Shown one piece after another: positions 31,901 to 41,952 of a DNA stretch of 64,000 nt. Every line of letters starts with the position of its first letter. Position 1 is the first letter of the stretch. A program made the position numbers and the translations under genes. Source of the DNA: Pseudomonadota bacterium. GTDB lineage: Bacteria; Pseudomonadota; Gammaproteobacteria; Burkholderiales; Burkholderiaceae_C. The notes below the pieces were generated by a model. The model saw nothing but the letters and a program-made list of their open reading frames with translations, had not been told where the DNA came from and did no database searches. Location: positions 11,277 through 75,276 of the forward strand of contig JAEZLX010000008.1 in assembly GCA_023415035.1 (NCBI GenBank), given 5' to 3'.

Positions 31901-34900
31901 GCTCCAACGCTGGAACGGCAGCAGTTGGGTTGCCGTGGACACCAACGAATGGCTGCCATCCACGATCCTGACCGCATCTGTAGGAGGTCAGCCGTCGGGT
32001 CTGCGGTTCGTGCACGACGGCACCGAGCCGCTGGCCTATGCGGGCGGGCCTACGACGAGCTTCGGCTTCGTGGTGCGTGACGACATGACCGCCCCCGACA
32101 GTCCGTTTGCGGCCGACACATCCACGCCCGCAAGCGACAACGTGAGCGAGACGGCGACAGTCACCATTGGCATCATTCCGATCAACGATGCGCCCCAGGT
32201 TGCCGACAGGCCTTCGGACACCGACCCCACCATCGACGGCACCATCAATGACGGTGGTGCATTGACCGGCAGGAACGAGGTGCTAGCCAACGTGGCCGAA
32301 GGCAGCACGGTCACGATCACGTCGGATCACCTGACGGCGGTGGATCGCGACAACACCACCGTACAGCGGCAGTACCGCATCATCGAGGCACCCGCGCTGG
32401 GCAGCCTGCTGCTCGACGGCAAGGCAATCGGCGTGGGCTCCACCTTCACGCAAGCCGACATCGACGCAGGCAAACTCAGCTACCGCCACAACGGCAGCGA
32501 GGTCGGCGCACTCACGACCGACGACTGGGGCAGTTACCACGACATGTTCCGGTTCTCGGTCAACGACGGTGTGCATGCCGATCGGGGCGACACCAACAAC
32601 GGCAATGCCTTCCTCATTACCCTTTTGCCGACCAACGATGCGCCCGTGGTGACGGCACCCGGTGGCCCCATCCACATCGACAGCACCGATCCGCAGTACA
32701 ACCAGGTACCCGGCTTCTCTGTCGCCGATCCCGACCTCACGGATGGCATCGCGGCCCCCCACGAATCCGATTTCATCCAGGTCACGGTGCGCCTGCTGGA
32801 CCAGTCCGGCAACCCGATCACCAACTACGCCACCGGCTTTGGCGGCGGGGGTGTTCAGATCGGCCATGGCGCGCCGACGACGCCGGGGCTGGTGGTCACG
32901 CAGGACGGCAACAACAAGATTCTGCAGTTCCAGGGCACCCGCGAGCAGGTCAACCAGGCACTGGCCGGGCTGACCGTCACGTTTGAAAATGACCTGAACC
33001 AGCGCTTCAGGGTTGAGGTCATCGCCGACGACCGCCTGCGCGATGCCAGCGGCAACCTCGTGACCACGGGCAGCGACGCCAACGGCGGCGAAATGAACCA
33101 GGCCACGACGCCGGGCGGCGCACCCACCGCCGTGGACGGCACCCAGCCCGACTGGGCCAATGGCGATGCCGTGCCGTCGGGCAGTCACGTCCTCGCGGGC
33201 AACATCAGTGCCGCCTCGGTGGAAATCTGGGCTTCGCACACCAACGAGGCGGCCACATTCACCGGCCCGACCAGCGTCACGGTCAACGAAGACGTGCGCA
33301 CCCCGGTATCGGGCTTCGTCGTCAGCGATCCCGAGTCCGACGGACTGGGCACACCGGTCACGGTCACCATTTCGGTGCCCAGCGATCACGGCACCCTGCA
33401 TATCGGCTCCCATAGCTTACCGGTCACCGTGGTCGGCAACGGCTCCCGCAGCCTCACGCTGACGGGGCAGGCGAAGGCCATCCAGGACCTGCTCAACGGC
33501 GTGGGTGGCGTTGGGGGCCTGTTCTTCGAGTCAGCGGAAAATGTCAACCACGACCTCAACGGCGGCGCCACCGGTGACGTGACCCTGACCCTGAGCTTCA
33601 ACGACACCGGGTCGGCCATCGGCAGCGACACCGGTGACGACAGCCAGCCGAACAACCCGGCCGACATCACCACGGCCATCACCATCACGGCCGTCAACGA
33701 CGCGCCATCGGTGAACCCCGGCGACGACACCAGCACCATCACCATCGGCGGCACCGGCTTCGTCGCGGTGCCGGGCTTCAAGATCACCGATGTGGATGCG
33801 AAAGATGGTTACGCCGCAGGCGAAGCCGATGACGTGATCGAGGTCACGGTGCGGGTACTGGGCGACTCGAACACGCCGCTGTCCGCAGCTCAATACGAGA
33901 GCCTCGGCATCTCCCTGAGCAGCACCTATACAGGATCCGAGGTGAAGGTGGACACCACGTACACGGGCGAGCACAAGGCGCTGCAGGTGCGTGGCAGACT
34001 TGCAGATATCAACGACTACCTGGCTGGCCTGCAGGTGCAGTTTGCCAACGCCGGGGTCGCCAACGTGGACCACACCTACCGCATCGAGGTCATCGTCGAT
34101 GACCGCTTGCGCGACCGTGACTCCGGCGAACTGGTCGATGGGGACGCCAGGACGGCCGGTACCCAGCCGGTCGCCAACGGTGGCGACCGCAACCAGAACC
34201 CGAACAACAACGGCCTGGGCCCGGACAACGGCGCCATCCCGACGACCGAGATCGATCCCTATGTCGTCGGCTATGTGACGGCGGGCAGTGCGGTCGGCGG
34301 TCTCTACAACCTGCGCAGCGACAGCCGCGAGCTGTTCATCTCGACGGTGAACGATCCGGGCAATATCACGGGCGACGACGTCAGGGTCGACGAAGGCGCC
34401 ATCACCACCACGAACGGCAGCACCGCGACTGTCACCATCGGTCCCATCACGCTGGCCGATCCGGACGACAACGGCGCGACCGATCTCACCGTCACTGTAT
34501 CGGTGCCATCTGGCTTCACGATCAACGGTGTGGGCACCGGCGGCGGCACGGTGACGCCCACGGGGGGAACCTCGGTCACCATCACGGGCACCGAGGCGGA
34601 GATCAATGCGCGCCTGGCGTCCATCATCATCGGCCTGCCCGATCCGGATGGCAATGGCGCGACCGACCCGGCCAATGCCGACTGGCACGGCAGCTTCGAC
34701 GTAACCGTGGTCTACAACGACCAGGGCAACACCGGCCTGCGCCCGGGCACCCTGGAAGGGGACACGAACACTCCCAACGCAGGGCCCGGTGACTATGCGT
34801 ACGTGGACACCGACCCCGACAGCACGGACAACGCGCTGCAGACCACCCGCATCTTCACAGTCACCGTCAACCCGGTCAACGACGCACCGGAGGTCACAGA

Positions 34901-37900
34901 CCCCACGAACGTGACCCTGTCGGCGGTGTCCGAAGACACCGATCCGGCGGACATCAACGGCCGCACCGTCGGCGACCTGTTCGCCGATCGCTTCAGCGAC
35001 CCGCGCGATGCCGGTACCGCCAATGGCGCCGACAGCTTCTACGGCGTCGCCATCGTGGGCGCCACGCCGAGCGCCGGCCAGGGCGAGTGGCAGTACAGCA
35101 CCGATGGCGGCGGCACTTGGACGGCCGTCGGCAGCCGCGGCGCCAGCAATGCCCTGGTGCTGGACAAGGACGCCAAGCTGCGTTTTGTGCCTGCTGCCGA
35201 CTTCCACGGCACACCCGAAAAGCTGACGGTGCACCTGGTGGAGACGGACGACAACGACGACAGCGGGACGACCCAGCCGACCAATGGCCAGACCGTCAAC
35301 CTCAGCGGCACCTGCCTGAGCGGCGTCGGCGGCGCGACGGTTTACAGCGCCCAGCCCATCGACCTCGTGACCAGCGTGACCAACGTCAACGACCGCCCCA
35401 CGGGCTCCGATGCGTCGATCACGGTGGACGAGGCCGCGACCAACCCCGCCGGGCAAACGGTGGCCGACCTGTTCGGCGCAGGCTTCAGCGACGCCACCGA
35501 CGACCAGGCCGACATTGCCGGAGGAGGCGATGCAGCCACGGCGTTTGGCGGTATTGCCATCGTCGGCAACCCTGCCGACGCCGATACCGAAGGCGTCTGG
35601 GAATACAACACCGGTGGTGGCTGGGTTGCCGTGGGAACCGTGTCGGACACGAGCGCTCTGGTTCTGCCACCCGAGGCGCTGTTGCGCTTCAGGCCGACCG
35701 GTGACGCAAACGGCGACGGCAACGGTGATTTCAACGGCACGCCGCCGGCCTTGTCCGTCCGCCTGGCCAACTCGGCACAGACATTCGGCACCAAAGTGGA
35801 TCTCGGGCTCAGCGCAGATGAAGCCCAGAACACCACGAGCACATGGTCTGTGGTGCGTGAACTGGGCGCGACAGTCAACCCGGTCAACGACGCCCCTGGA
35901 TTCAGCCACAAACCATCCAACCCGACCGTGGAGGAAAACGCAGGTGTTGGCACTGGCACGCCTGCGGTCAACCTGCTGGACAGCGGCAGCGTCACGGACA
36001 TCGATCTGGGCACCACGCCGGGCCTGACGGACGGCGTGTTCGGCGCGGGTTCCATCACGGCGCAACTGACCGATGGAATTGACGGCGACGTGCTGCAGCT
36101 CGGCAATGGCCTGGAGGCCGGTGCCAACGGCATCGCCACGGTCACCGGCGGCACAGGCAGCACGGCACTGGTCATCACCTTCACCCCCGACGCGACGGTG
36201 GAGCAGGTCGAGGCCGTGCTGGCCGCGATCCAGTACACCCACACCGGCGACGACCCGACCAACCTGCGGTCCGGCTCTGCCGATACCCAGCGCAGCTACA
36301 CCATCACGCTCAGCGATGGCAATAACGTGGACGCGCATGGTGACCATGCCGGCGGCCCCGCTCCGCTGACGGCGACCAAGAGCGGCACCATCACCATCAC
36401 CGCCACCAACGACCCGCCGGTGGCCACCGACAACAACGAGACCATCAGCGAGGGCGCGGCGACCGTGGGCGGCAACGTCATCACGGACAACGACGGTCAT
36501 GGCGTCGATTCGGACCCCGACACGCCTGTGTCGGATCTGAGCATCACCAACATCACGCCGCCCCCGGGCGGCAGCGGAGGCGGCTCGGTGTCCGGGCCGA
36601 CGACGGTGGAAGGGCGGTACGGAACGCTCACCATCCAGCCGGATGGCAGCTATACCTACACACTCAACAACGACCACCCTGCCGTGAAGGGCCTGAACGA
36701 CCCGACCGACACACTGACCGAGGTGTTCGGCTACACCCTGTCCGACGGATCGCTCACCGACACGGCGAATCTGACCATCACCATCACCGGTGTCGACGAC
36801 CCGGTGACGGTGACGGTACCCAACGACACCTCCGCCACATCGCCGGACGGCGACATCACCGACCACGTGGTGTTCGAAAGCGCCCTGCCCGATGGCTCCG
36901 ACCCGGACACGACGCCGGGTGCGAACACCACGGTGTCATCCAGCTTCACCGTGGTGGCCGAGGACGGCCTGGACCCTGACGATGCCATCGTCGTGGGTTA
37001 CACCCGCGCTGATGGCTCGCCCGCCACGCTGACGCTGACCAAGGCCCAGGTCGAGGCGCTGGCCACCACCCAGCAGACGATCACGACGCGCTACGGCGAG
37101 CTGGTGCTCAACGGCTACAGCGTGGGCACCGATGGCACGGTCACCATCGGCTACACCTACACGCTGACCACGGCGCCGGCGGTCGGTGGTGCCGACACCA
37201 TGGACAGCTTCAGCATCACGGCCAACGACCGCGATGACGACAGCGACAGTCAGACGCTGAACATCAAGATCGTGGACGATGCGCCCGCGGCGGTGAGCGA
37301 CACCAACAGCCTGCTGCGGCACGAGGGCACGGTGGGTGGCAACGTCTACGACAACGACCAGGACACCATCGGTGCTGACGGACCGGCCGCATCGGGACCC
37401 GTGACCGGCGTCAGGGCGGGCAACGACACGGGGACCCCCGCCACGGGAGACGTGGGAGGCCTCGGGGTCACCGGCAAATACGGCAACGTGGTGATCTACG
37501 CCGACGGCAGCTATACCTACACCATCGACCCGGCAAACGCCGAGGTGATCGCGCTGGGCACGGGCGAGCTGACCGATGAGTTTGTCTACACCATCACTGA
37601 CGCCGACGGCGACACCGCCACGGCAACGCTGACGATCACGATCGCCGCCAACCAGCCGCCGGAGGTCGAGCCGGAATCCGTCACCACACCGGAAGACAAA
37701 CCCATCACCGGCAATCTGCTGACCAATGACTCTGACCCGGACGGGGATCCGCTGACGGTCACCGAGTTCGTCGTCGATATTGGCGGCACGCCGGCGACAT
37801 TCACGGTTCCCCCGGGTGAATCGACCGCCGCCGTGATTCCTGGCGTCGGCACGATCACCATCGGATCGGATGGCTCCTACGAGTACGTGCCCGAACCTGA

Positions 37901-39521
37901 CTGGCACGGCACGGTGCCGCAGGTCACGTACACGGTGTCGGACGGGACGGGCGATCCGGTCAACGGCACGAGGCAGTCCACGCTCGACATCACGGTCACC
38001 CCTGTGGTGGATATTGAGACTGACACCTCGTCCACCCTCGTCAACACACCGGTGACGATTCCGGTGCTGGACAACGACTCCTTCGAAGGTGATTCGCCGG
38101 AGGTCACCGGCACCACGCCGCCGGCCAATGGTTCGGTGACGGTCAACCCCGACGGCACCATCACCTACACGCCCAACCCTGGCTTCACGGGCACCGACAC
38201 CTTCACCTACACGGTGACCAGTGGCGGCGTCACGGAAACGGCCACGGTGACCGTCGAGGTGTACAACGATCCTCCGGCACCACAGCCCGACCGGGTGGTC
38301 ACGCGGGAAGACACACCGGCGCGGGGAAATGTGCTGGCCAATGACGGCGAGCCGGATGGCCACCCCCTCACGGTCACGGAATTCACCGTCAACGGCCGGA
38401 CATACACCGCCGGCAGTACCGTGAACATCCCCGGCGCCGGGTCGTTCACGCTGCGCCCTGATGGCAGCTACACCTTCGTGCCGGTACCCGACTGGCACGG
38501 TAACGTGCCCACCATCACGTACACGGTGTCCGACGGCACGGGTGCGGTCAATCATTCCGCCAGCTCGGAGTTGCGCATCACCGTCACCCCGGTGCCCGAC
38601 ATCGAACCCGACAAGACCTCCACCGAAGAGGGCAAGCCGGTGACGATTCCGGTGCTCGACAACGATAACTTCGAAGGCAAGCCGAAGATCACCGGGACGA
38701 CGCCACCGGCCAACGGCACCGTCACGATCAATCCGGACGGCACCATCACCTACACGCCCAACCCCAGCTTCACGGGCACCGACACCTTCACCTACACGGT
38801 GACCAGTGGCGGTGTCAAGGAAACGGCCACGGTGTCGGTCGAGGTGCTGCCTGGCAAGGCCCAGGGCCTGGTGGGCCTGCCGCCGGACCGTCTTGATGGC
38901 GCATCCGGCCCGTCGGCCTTCCCGCATGGCCCTGCATCCGGACGCCATACTCCGGATGCGTGGATCTCCGGCCTGCCGCGCGCCGGTCTTGGGGTCGAGC
39001 CGGTCACCTACGTGCACGAGGCCGTGGTGGCGGCACAGACCGAGCGCGAATTCGCGGGCGACTCGCAAGCCACTGGCCGAATCGACATGGCGCGGCCGTA
39101 CAGCAGCGGCGTGCAGGTGCCGGGCATGGACCTCGGTATCGACCCCGCGCTGTTCGTGCAGGATGCGGTCCGCAGCTCGCAAAGCCTGGCCGAGTTCATG
39201 CAACAGCTGGTACAGGGCCGCCACGGCCGCGTGTCGCTGAGCGTCGATCAGGACCTGCCCACGCCCGGGCTGTATCAGCCGGACGCCGCCAAGCTGGTGC
39301 CGCAGCCGGATGACAGCACGAAGGAGACCGTCAAGCCGGTGCCCGACGCGGCCACGCCTGAAAAGACGGCGTTCCCGACATCCGCCGACGCCGACCTGCT
39401 GGCGGAAGAAACCGCCGCCGACGACAGCGTCGGGCACGAAGCAGTTCGATCCGCCCCCTCGTTTGCCGACCAGCTGCGCCGTGGTGCCACGCGCCTGCCC
39501 ATGTCGGTCGCCCGAATCTGA
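28923..39521 (+). CDS. Giant (3532 aa) surface adhesin: LEPRxLL-type leader, DUF4347, cadherin-like/VCBS/Ig-like repeats
   Basis: ALEPRLLFDG; IHIISHG.PG.L.LG..LLYGC.IA.G..G..F...LA.LTGADIAAS.D.TG....GGDW.LE (DUF4347); repeated PVND.P, FTQ.DI..G and TDTFTYTV modules; TTG start with GGAG RBS. Confidence 0.93.
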   Translation: MNKNKLVFRPSRRAIALEPRLLFDGAGAIAAADAAETETAQPPVPAATQQDSSSTPASTTEVLDNATGAGNPAPDLPANSGTADEDRQARLAGDDNPDDDTDPATIDNGDAANTLVVVDARVAEMDGFTLDLPANVTVRVVARDESGLDAVGQVLTESGQRYDTIHIISHGTPGSLTLGNETIAGGSLSDAQREKLLAWAPSLTDEADILLYGCDIAAGNEGEAFITELAHLTGADIAASTDATGAADKGGDWNLERTTGAIETPALNLAGFDGLLAATAVIDTGTAETRKTTEDTPLVISGVTVSGNASDVITLAITTTGGTSTLDGLAGLTVNGNGSTSISVTGTIANINTALATLNFRPEENRNSLTSGYTPKITLSVTAGGTGTLDIDNIVVTPVNDDPVLDGSPLVVREGGSAAFSLENLASSAADLDPDIGTGQQVLTQLMLTLDSLPTDGELTYKGGPVEVGTIIPVEDLDQLVYRHTAGDVAEVTTVTFKVTVHDGGGGSTSGDLSIRIEPVNQAPSVSGSPWMYEGAVASVAPTVDLGDANDSATVTIDEIDTGGQGFFFIDANNDGVLDAGEAIVGTWTGTLDDLAKLKFDHNGVEPDAAGVSTPSYRVTVSDTGGGEGPEASKSSTKTISIAVRPNNDDPLLDTNRHGSETDALVIDEWSTVTLDSTMLQIQDVDTPEASNLVYTLTSTPVQGQLQIQIEGTWYGLSSGARFTQHDIDTGRVRFMAFGVSSDQNVSFGFTVRDSAFGYDLSDRDGMPPGVLREGGVYDSNGTLKEHHFHITIRQVDDGSGNGQLPLDLLGATASQVASSSGAGNWLEGSDNTITDTQLSWTYVRENGEGTIEPTPAKEIIYTLTSLPTNGTVLLNGQALVVGENFSQDDINAGRVRFVHDGGEDFVSSFDYYVSDGNSPQIGRFDIDVTPLNDRPTANGGATHVREGGSVHLDASIIGLSDADGAEEAEKRTGEGAADFLWFKVSDLPAHGTLQRWNGSSWVAVDTNEWLPSTILTASVGGQPSGLRFVHDGTEPLAYAGGPTTSFGFVVRDDMTAPDSPFAADTSTPASDNVSETATVTIGIIPINDAPQVADRPSDTDPTIDGTINDGGALTGRNEVLANVAEGSTVTITSDHLTAVDRDNTTVQRQYRIIEAPALGSLLLDGKAIGVGSTFTQADIDAGKLSYRHNGSEVGALTTDDWGSYHDMFRFSVNDGVHADRGDTNNGNAFLITLLPTNDAPVVTAPGGPIHIDSTDPQYNQVPGFSVADPDLTDGIAAPHESDFIQVTVRLLDQSGNPITNYATGFGGGGVQIGHGAPTTPGLVVTQDGNNKILQFQGTREQVNQALAGLTVTFENDLNQRFRVEVIADDRLRDASGNLVTTGSDANGGEMNQATTPGGAPTAVDGTQPDWANGDAVPSGSHVLAGNISAASVEIWASHTNEAATFTGPTSVTVNEDVRTPVSGFVVSDPESDGLGTPVTVTISVPSDHGTLHIGSHSLPVTVVGNGSRSLTLTGQAKAIQDLLNGVGGVGGLFFESAENVNHDLNGGATGDVTLTLSFNDTGSAIGSDTGDDSQPNNPADITTAITITAVNDAPSVNPGDDTSTITIGGTGFVAVPGFKITDVDAKDGYAAGEADDVIEVTVRVLGDSNTPLSAAQYESLGISLSSTYTGSEVKVDTTYTGEHKALQVRGRLADINDYLAGLQVQFANAGVANVDHTYRIEVIVDDRLRDRDSGELVDGDARTAGTQPVANGGDRNQNPNNNGLGPDNGAIPTTEIDPYVVGYVTAGSAVGGLYNLRSDSRELFISTVNDPGNITGDDVRVDEGAITTTNGSTATVTIGPITLADPDDNGATDLTVTVSVPSGFTINGVGTGGGTVTPTGGTSVTITGTEAEINARLASIIIGLPDPDGNGATDPANADWHGSFDVTVVYNDQGNTGLRPGTLEGDTNTPNAGPGDYAYVDTDPDSTDNALQTTRIFTVTVNPVNDAPEVTDPTNVTLSAVSEDTDPADINGRTVGDLFADRFSDPRDAGTANGADSFYGVAIVGATPSAGQGEWQYSTDGGGTWTAVGSRGASNALVLDKDAKLRFVPAADFHGTPEKLTVHLVETDDNDDSGTTQPTNGQTVNLSGTCLSGVGGATVYSAQPIDLVTSVTNVNDRPTGSDASITVDEAATNPAGQTVADLFGAGFSDATDDQADIAGGGDAATAFGGIAIVGNPADADTEGVWEYNTGGGWVAVGTVSDTSALVLPPEALLRFRPTGDANGDGNGDFNGTPPALSVRLANSAQTFGTKVDLGLSADEAQNTTSTWSVVRELGATVNPVNDAPGFSHKPSNPTVEENAGVGTGTPAVNLLDSGSVTDIDLGTTPGLTDGVFGAGSITAQLTDGIDGDVLQLGNGLEAGANGIATVTGGTGSTALVITFTPDATVEQVEAVLAAIQYTHTGDDPTNLRSGSADTQRSYTITLSDGNNVDAHGDHAGGPAPLTATKSGTITITATNDPPVATDNNETISEGAATVGGNVITDNDGHGVDSDPDTPVSDLSITNITPPPGGSGGGSVSGPTTVEGRYGTLTIQPDGSYTYTLNNDHPAVKGLNDPTDTLTEVFGYTLSDGSLTDTANLTITITGVDDPVTVTVPNDTSATSPDGDITDHVVFESALPDGSDPDTTPGANTTVSSSFTVVAEDGLDPDDAIVVGYTRADGSPATLTLTKAQVEALATTQQTITTRYGELVLNGYSVGTDGTVTIGYTYTLTTAPAVGGADTMDSFSITANDRDDDSDSQTLNIKIVDDAPAAVSDTNSLLRHEGTVGGNVYDNDQDTIGADGPAASGPVTGVRAGNDTGTPATGDVGGLGVTGKYGNVVIYADGSYTYTIDPANAEVIALGTGELTDEFVYTITDADGDTATATLTITIAANQPPEVEPESVTTPEDKPITGNLLTNDSDPDGDPLTVTEFVVDIGGTPATFTVPPGESTAAVIPGVGTITIGSDGSYEYVPEPDWHGTVPQVTYTVSDGTGDPVNGTRQSTLDITVTPVVDIETDTSSTLVNTPVTIPVLDNDSFEGDSPEVTGTTPPANGSVTVNPDGTITYTPNPGFTGTDTFTYTVTSGGVTETATVTVEVYNDPPAPQPDRVVTREDTPARGNVLANDGEPDGHPLTVTEFTVNGRTYTAGSTVNIPGAGSFTLRPDGSYTFVPVPDWHGNVPTITYTVSDGTGAVNHSASSELRITVTPVPDIEPDKTSTEEGKPVTIPVLDNDNFEGKPKITGTTPPANGTVTINPDGTITYTPNPSFTGTDTFTYTVTSGGVKETATVSVEVLPGKAQGLVGLPPDRLDGASGPSAFPHGPASGRHTPDAWISGLPRAGLGVEPVTYVHEAVVAAQTEREFAGDSQATGRIDMARPYSSGVQVPGMDLGIDPALFVQDAVRSSQSLAEFMQQLVQGRHGRVSLSVDQDLPTPGLYQPDAAKLVPQPDDSTKETVKPVPDAATPEKTAFPTSADADLLAEETAADDSVGHEAVRSAPSFADQLRRGATRLPMSVARI
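38049..38834 (+). repeat. Near-identical ~200-bp Ig-domain repeats within the adhesin (38049-38249 and 38637-38834)
   Basis: Both encode PVTIPVLDND.FEG...GTTPPANG.VT.NPDGTITYTPNP.FTGTDTFTYTVTSGGV.ETATV with long identical DNA stretches. Confidence 0.85.
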
Positions 39522-39535
39522 GTCCGCCTGAACCG

Positions 39536-41089
39536 ATGCAACCCGCAACGACAAAAGCCATCATGCAAAACTCCAACAAGCTCCGCTCTTCCATTGCCCC
39601 CCGTTTGCTGGCCCTGACGGCTGCCCTTTTCCTGGCCGGTTGCGGCTCGTTGGCCCCCGTGCCTTTCAAGGCCGATGAAATCAGCGAGCGTGCCGCGCAG
39701 GATCGCCTGCAGATGTACGCGGACCAGGAGCCCATCAACGGACCGCTGACCTTCCATGAGGCCGCCGCGCGCGCCCTCAAGTACAACCTCGACTACCGCC
39801 TGAAGCTGATGGAGAGCGCGCTCTCACGCAGCCTGCACGACGTGTCCTCGCACGAGATGCTGCCGCGCCTGGTGGCCGGTGCCGGCTATGTGCACCGGAA
39901 CAACGACTCGGGCGGCAGCTCCATCGGCATCATCGACCGTGAGGAGTCGCTGCGCCCGTCCACCTCGCAGGAGCGCGAACGCACCCTGGCCAACCTCAGC
40001 TTCTCGTGGAACGCGCTGGATTTCGGCGTCTCGTACTACCGCGCGCAACAAAAGGCCGACCAGGTCCTGATGGCCGAGGAGCGCCGCCGCAAGGTGATGC
40101 AGAACGTGCTGCAGGACGTGCGCAACAGCTACTGGCGCGCCCTAGGTGCCCAGAAGCTTATCGGCCGCGTCGACAGCCTGCTGGAGCGCGTCAACAAGGC
40201 GCTGGCCAACGCGAAGGAAGTCGAGCAGAAGGGCCTGATGCCGCGCGCCCAGGTGCTGTCGTACCAGCGCGCGCTGCTGGACGCCGTCAGCCTGCTGACC
40301 CTGCGCCGCCAGGACCTGGAGCTGGCCCGCGCCGAACTCAACGCGCTGATGTCGGTGGCACCCGGCACCAGCTACACCCTCGCCGACGAGAAGGAGTTCG
40401 CCCTGCCGCCCGTGCCGTTCAACGTCGAGACGCTGGAGCGCATGGCCCTGGAGAAGCGCCCCGAGATCATGGAGGAGTGGTACCGCAAGCGCGTGACCGA
40501 GAACGACATCAAGGTCGCCAAGGCGATGATGTGGCCCAACCTGAGCATCGACGCCGGCCCGCAGTACGACTCCAACCGCTTCAACTACAACAGCTCGTGG
40601 TTCGATACGGGCGTGCGTATCTCCTGGAACATCCTGCGCCTGGCGCAGTGGCCCGCGCTCAAGCAGGCCCATGAGCATCAGAACAAGGTGGACGACATGC
40701 GCCGCATGGCCCTGTCGATGGCGGTACTGACCCAGGTGCGCGTTGGCCTGCAACGCTATGGCCTGGCCCTGCAGGAACTGAAGTTCGCCGAGGAAAGCCT
40801 GCGCGTGGACCAGAACCTGTACACCTACGCCAAGGCCGCCGCGCAAAGCCGGTTCGATTCGGAGCTGGAGGTGATCCGCTCCGAAGCCCGCGCCCTGCTG
40901 GCCGAATACCAGCGCTACGCCGCCTACTCGAACGCACAGGCCGCCTGGGGCCGCGTGTACAACTCGGTGGGACTGGACGTGCTGCCGGAAGCGGTCGACG
41001 GCCACGACATCAAGACGCTGGCCTCGGCGCTGGAGACCACCATGTCCCAATGGCAAAGCCAGGTGTTCTCGGCAGCCAGCCGGCAATGA
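39536..41089 (+). CDS. TolC-family outer-membrane channel (lipoprotein)
   Basis: LAGC lipobox; ALKYNLD, LPRL, SWNALDFG and RPEI...WPNL outer-membrane efflux repeats. Confidence 0.9.
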   Translation: MQPATTKAIMQNSNKLRSSIAPRLLALTAALFLAGCGSLAPVPFKADEISERAAQDRLQMYADQEPINGPLTFHEAAARALKYNLDYRLKLMESALSRSLHDVSSHEMLPRLVAGAGYVHRNNDSGGSSIGIIDREESLRPSTSQERERTLANLSFSWNALDFGVSYYRAQQKADQVLMAEERRRKVMQNVLQDVRNSYWRALGAQKLIGRVDSLLERVNKALANAKEVEQKGLMPRAQVLSYQRALLDAVSLLTLRRQDLELARAELNALMSVAPGTSYTLADEKEFALPPVPFNVETLERMALEKRPEIMEEWYRKRVTENDIKVAKAMMWPNLSIDAGPQYDSNRFNYNSSWFDTGVRISWNILRLAQWPALKQAHEHQNKVDDMRRMALSMAVLTQVRVGLQRYGLALQELKFAEESLRVDQNLYTYAKAAAQSRFDSELEVIRSEARALLAEYQRYAAYSNAQAAWGRVYNSVGLDVLPEAVDGHDIKTLASALETTMSQWQSQVFSAASRQ

Positions 41090-41108
41090 CCCGACAATCA
41101 GCCGATAT

Positions 41109-41951
41109 ATGAACCATCGACTCTCCCGCAGACCGGCGATGCCCGGCCTGCTGGGTGCGCTGACCCTCGCATGCGCCCCGGCGCTGGCCCAGTCGCCCAT
41201 TCCTCCGGCGGGTGCCAAACCCGCCCCCGCAGCCACCACCCATGCGCCCGCACCGGCCAAACCGGTGGCTGCGCCGGCAACGGAAGACCCCAACGCGATC
41301 CGTGTCCTGCTCAGCCCTGACATGGAGACCACGCTGGTGGCCCAGATGGTCGGACGCATCTCGCGGCTCCAGTCGCAACTGGGGGCACGGGTGACCAAGG
41401 GCCTGACCGTGGTGGGCTTCGACTGCGGCGAGGCGCAGGCACGGCTGAAAATGGCCCAGGCGGAAAATGCCTCGGCGCAGGAGACGCTCACGGTCAAACG
41501 CAACCTGCGCCAACTCGACGCCGCCGGCGATACGGAAGTCACGCTCGCCGCAGCCGAAGTCGACAAGACCCGAGCCGCCATCGAGGTGTCACGCGCCCAG
41601 CTGGCCAACTGCAACGTGGTGGCGCCGTTCACCGGCCGCATCGTCAAGCTGCACGTCAAGCCCTACCAGGGCGTGAACATCGGCGCGCCGCTGGTCGAAA
41701 TGGTGAGCGACGGCCCCCTGAAGATCCGCCTGAATGTGCCTTCGCGCTGGCTGCGCCAGCTTCGCGCGGGCACGCCTTTCACTGTGGCCATCAACGAGAC
41801 CGGCCGCGACTATCCGGCCAAGGTGACGGCCATGAACGCCCGCGTCGATGCCGTGGCGCAGACGATCGAGCTTGAAGCGCGCATGGACAAGGCGTACCCG
41901 GAACTGCTGGCCGGCATGAGCGGGGTGGCCCGCTTCGATCTGGCGCCCTGA
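41109..41951 (+). CDS. Membrane-fusion (periplasmic adaptor) protein
   Basis: Signal peptide, lipoyl halves, VVAPFTGRI, LLAGMSG. Confidence 0.88.
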   Translation: MNHRLSRRPAMPGLLGALTLACAPALAQSPIPPAGAKPAPAATTHAPAPAKPVAAPATEDPNAIRVLLSPDMETTLVAQMVGRISRLQSQLGARVTKGLTVVGFDCGEAQARLKMAQAENASAQETLTVKRNLRQLDAAGDTEVTLAAAEVDKTRAAIEVSRAQLANCNVVAPFTGRIVKLHVKPYQGVNIGAPLVEMVSDGPLKIRLNVPSRWLRQLRAGTPFTVAINETGRDYPAKVTAMNARVDAVAQTIELEARMDKAYPELLAGMSGVARFDLAP

Positions 41952-41952
41952 C

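Noticed and set aside
33531..39554. Long minus-strand ORFs (1111 and 872 aa) opposite the adhesin
   Set aside because: Antisense shadows caused by high-GC codon bias; no motifs. The same applies to shadows of glmS, the secretin, gspE and the IS30 transposase
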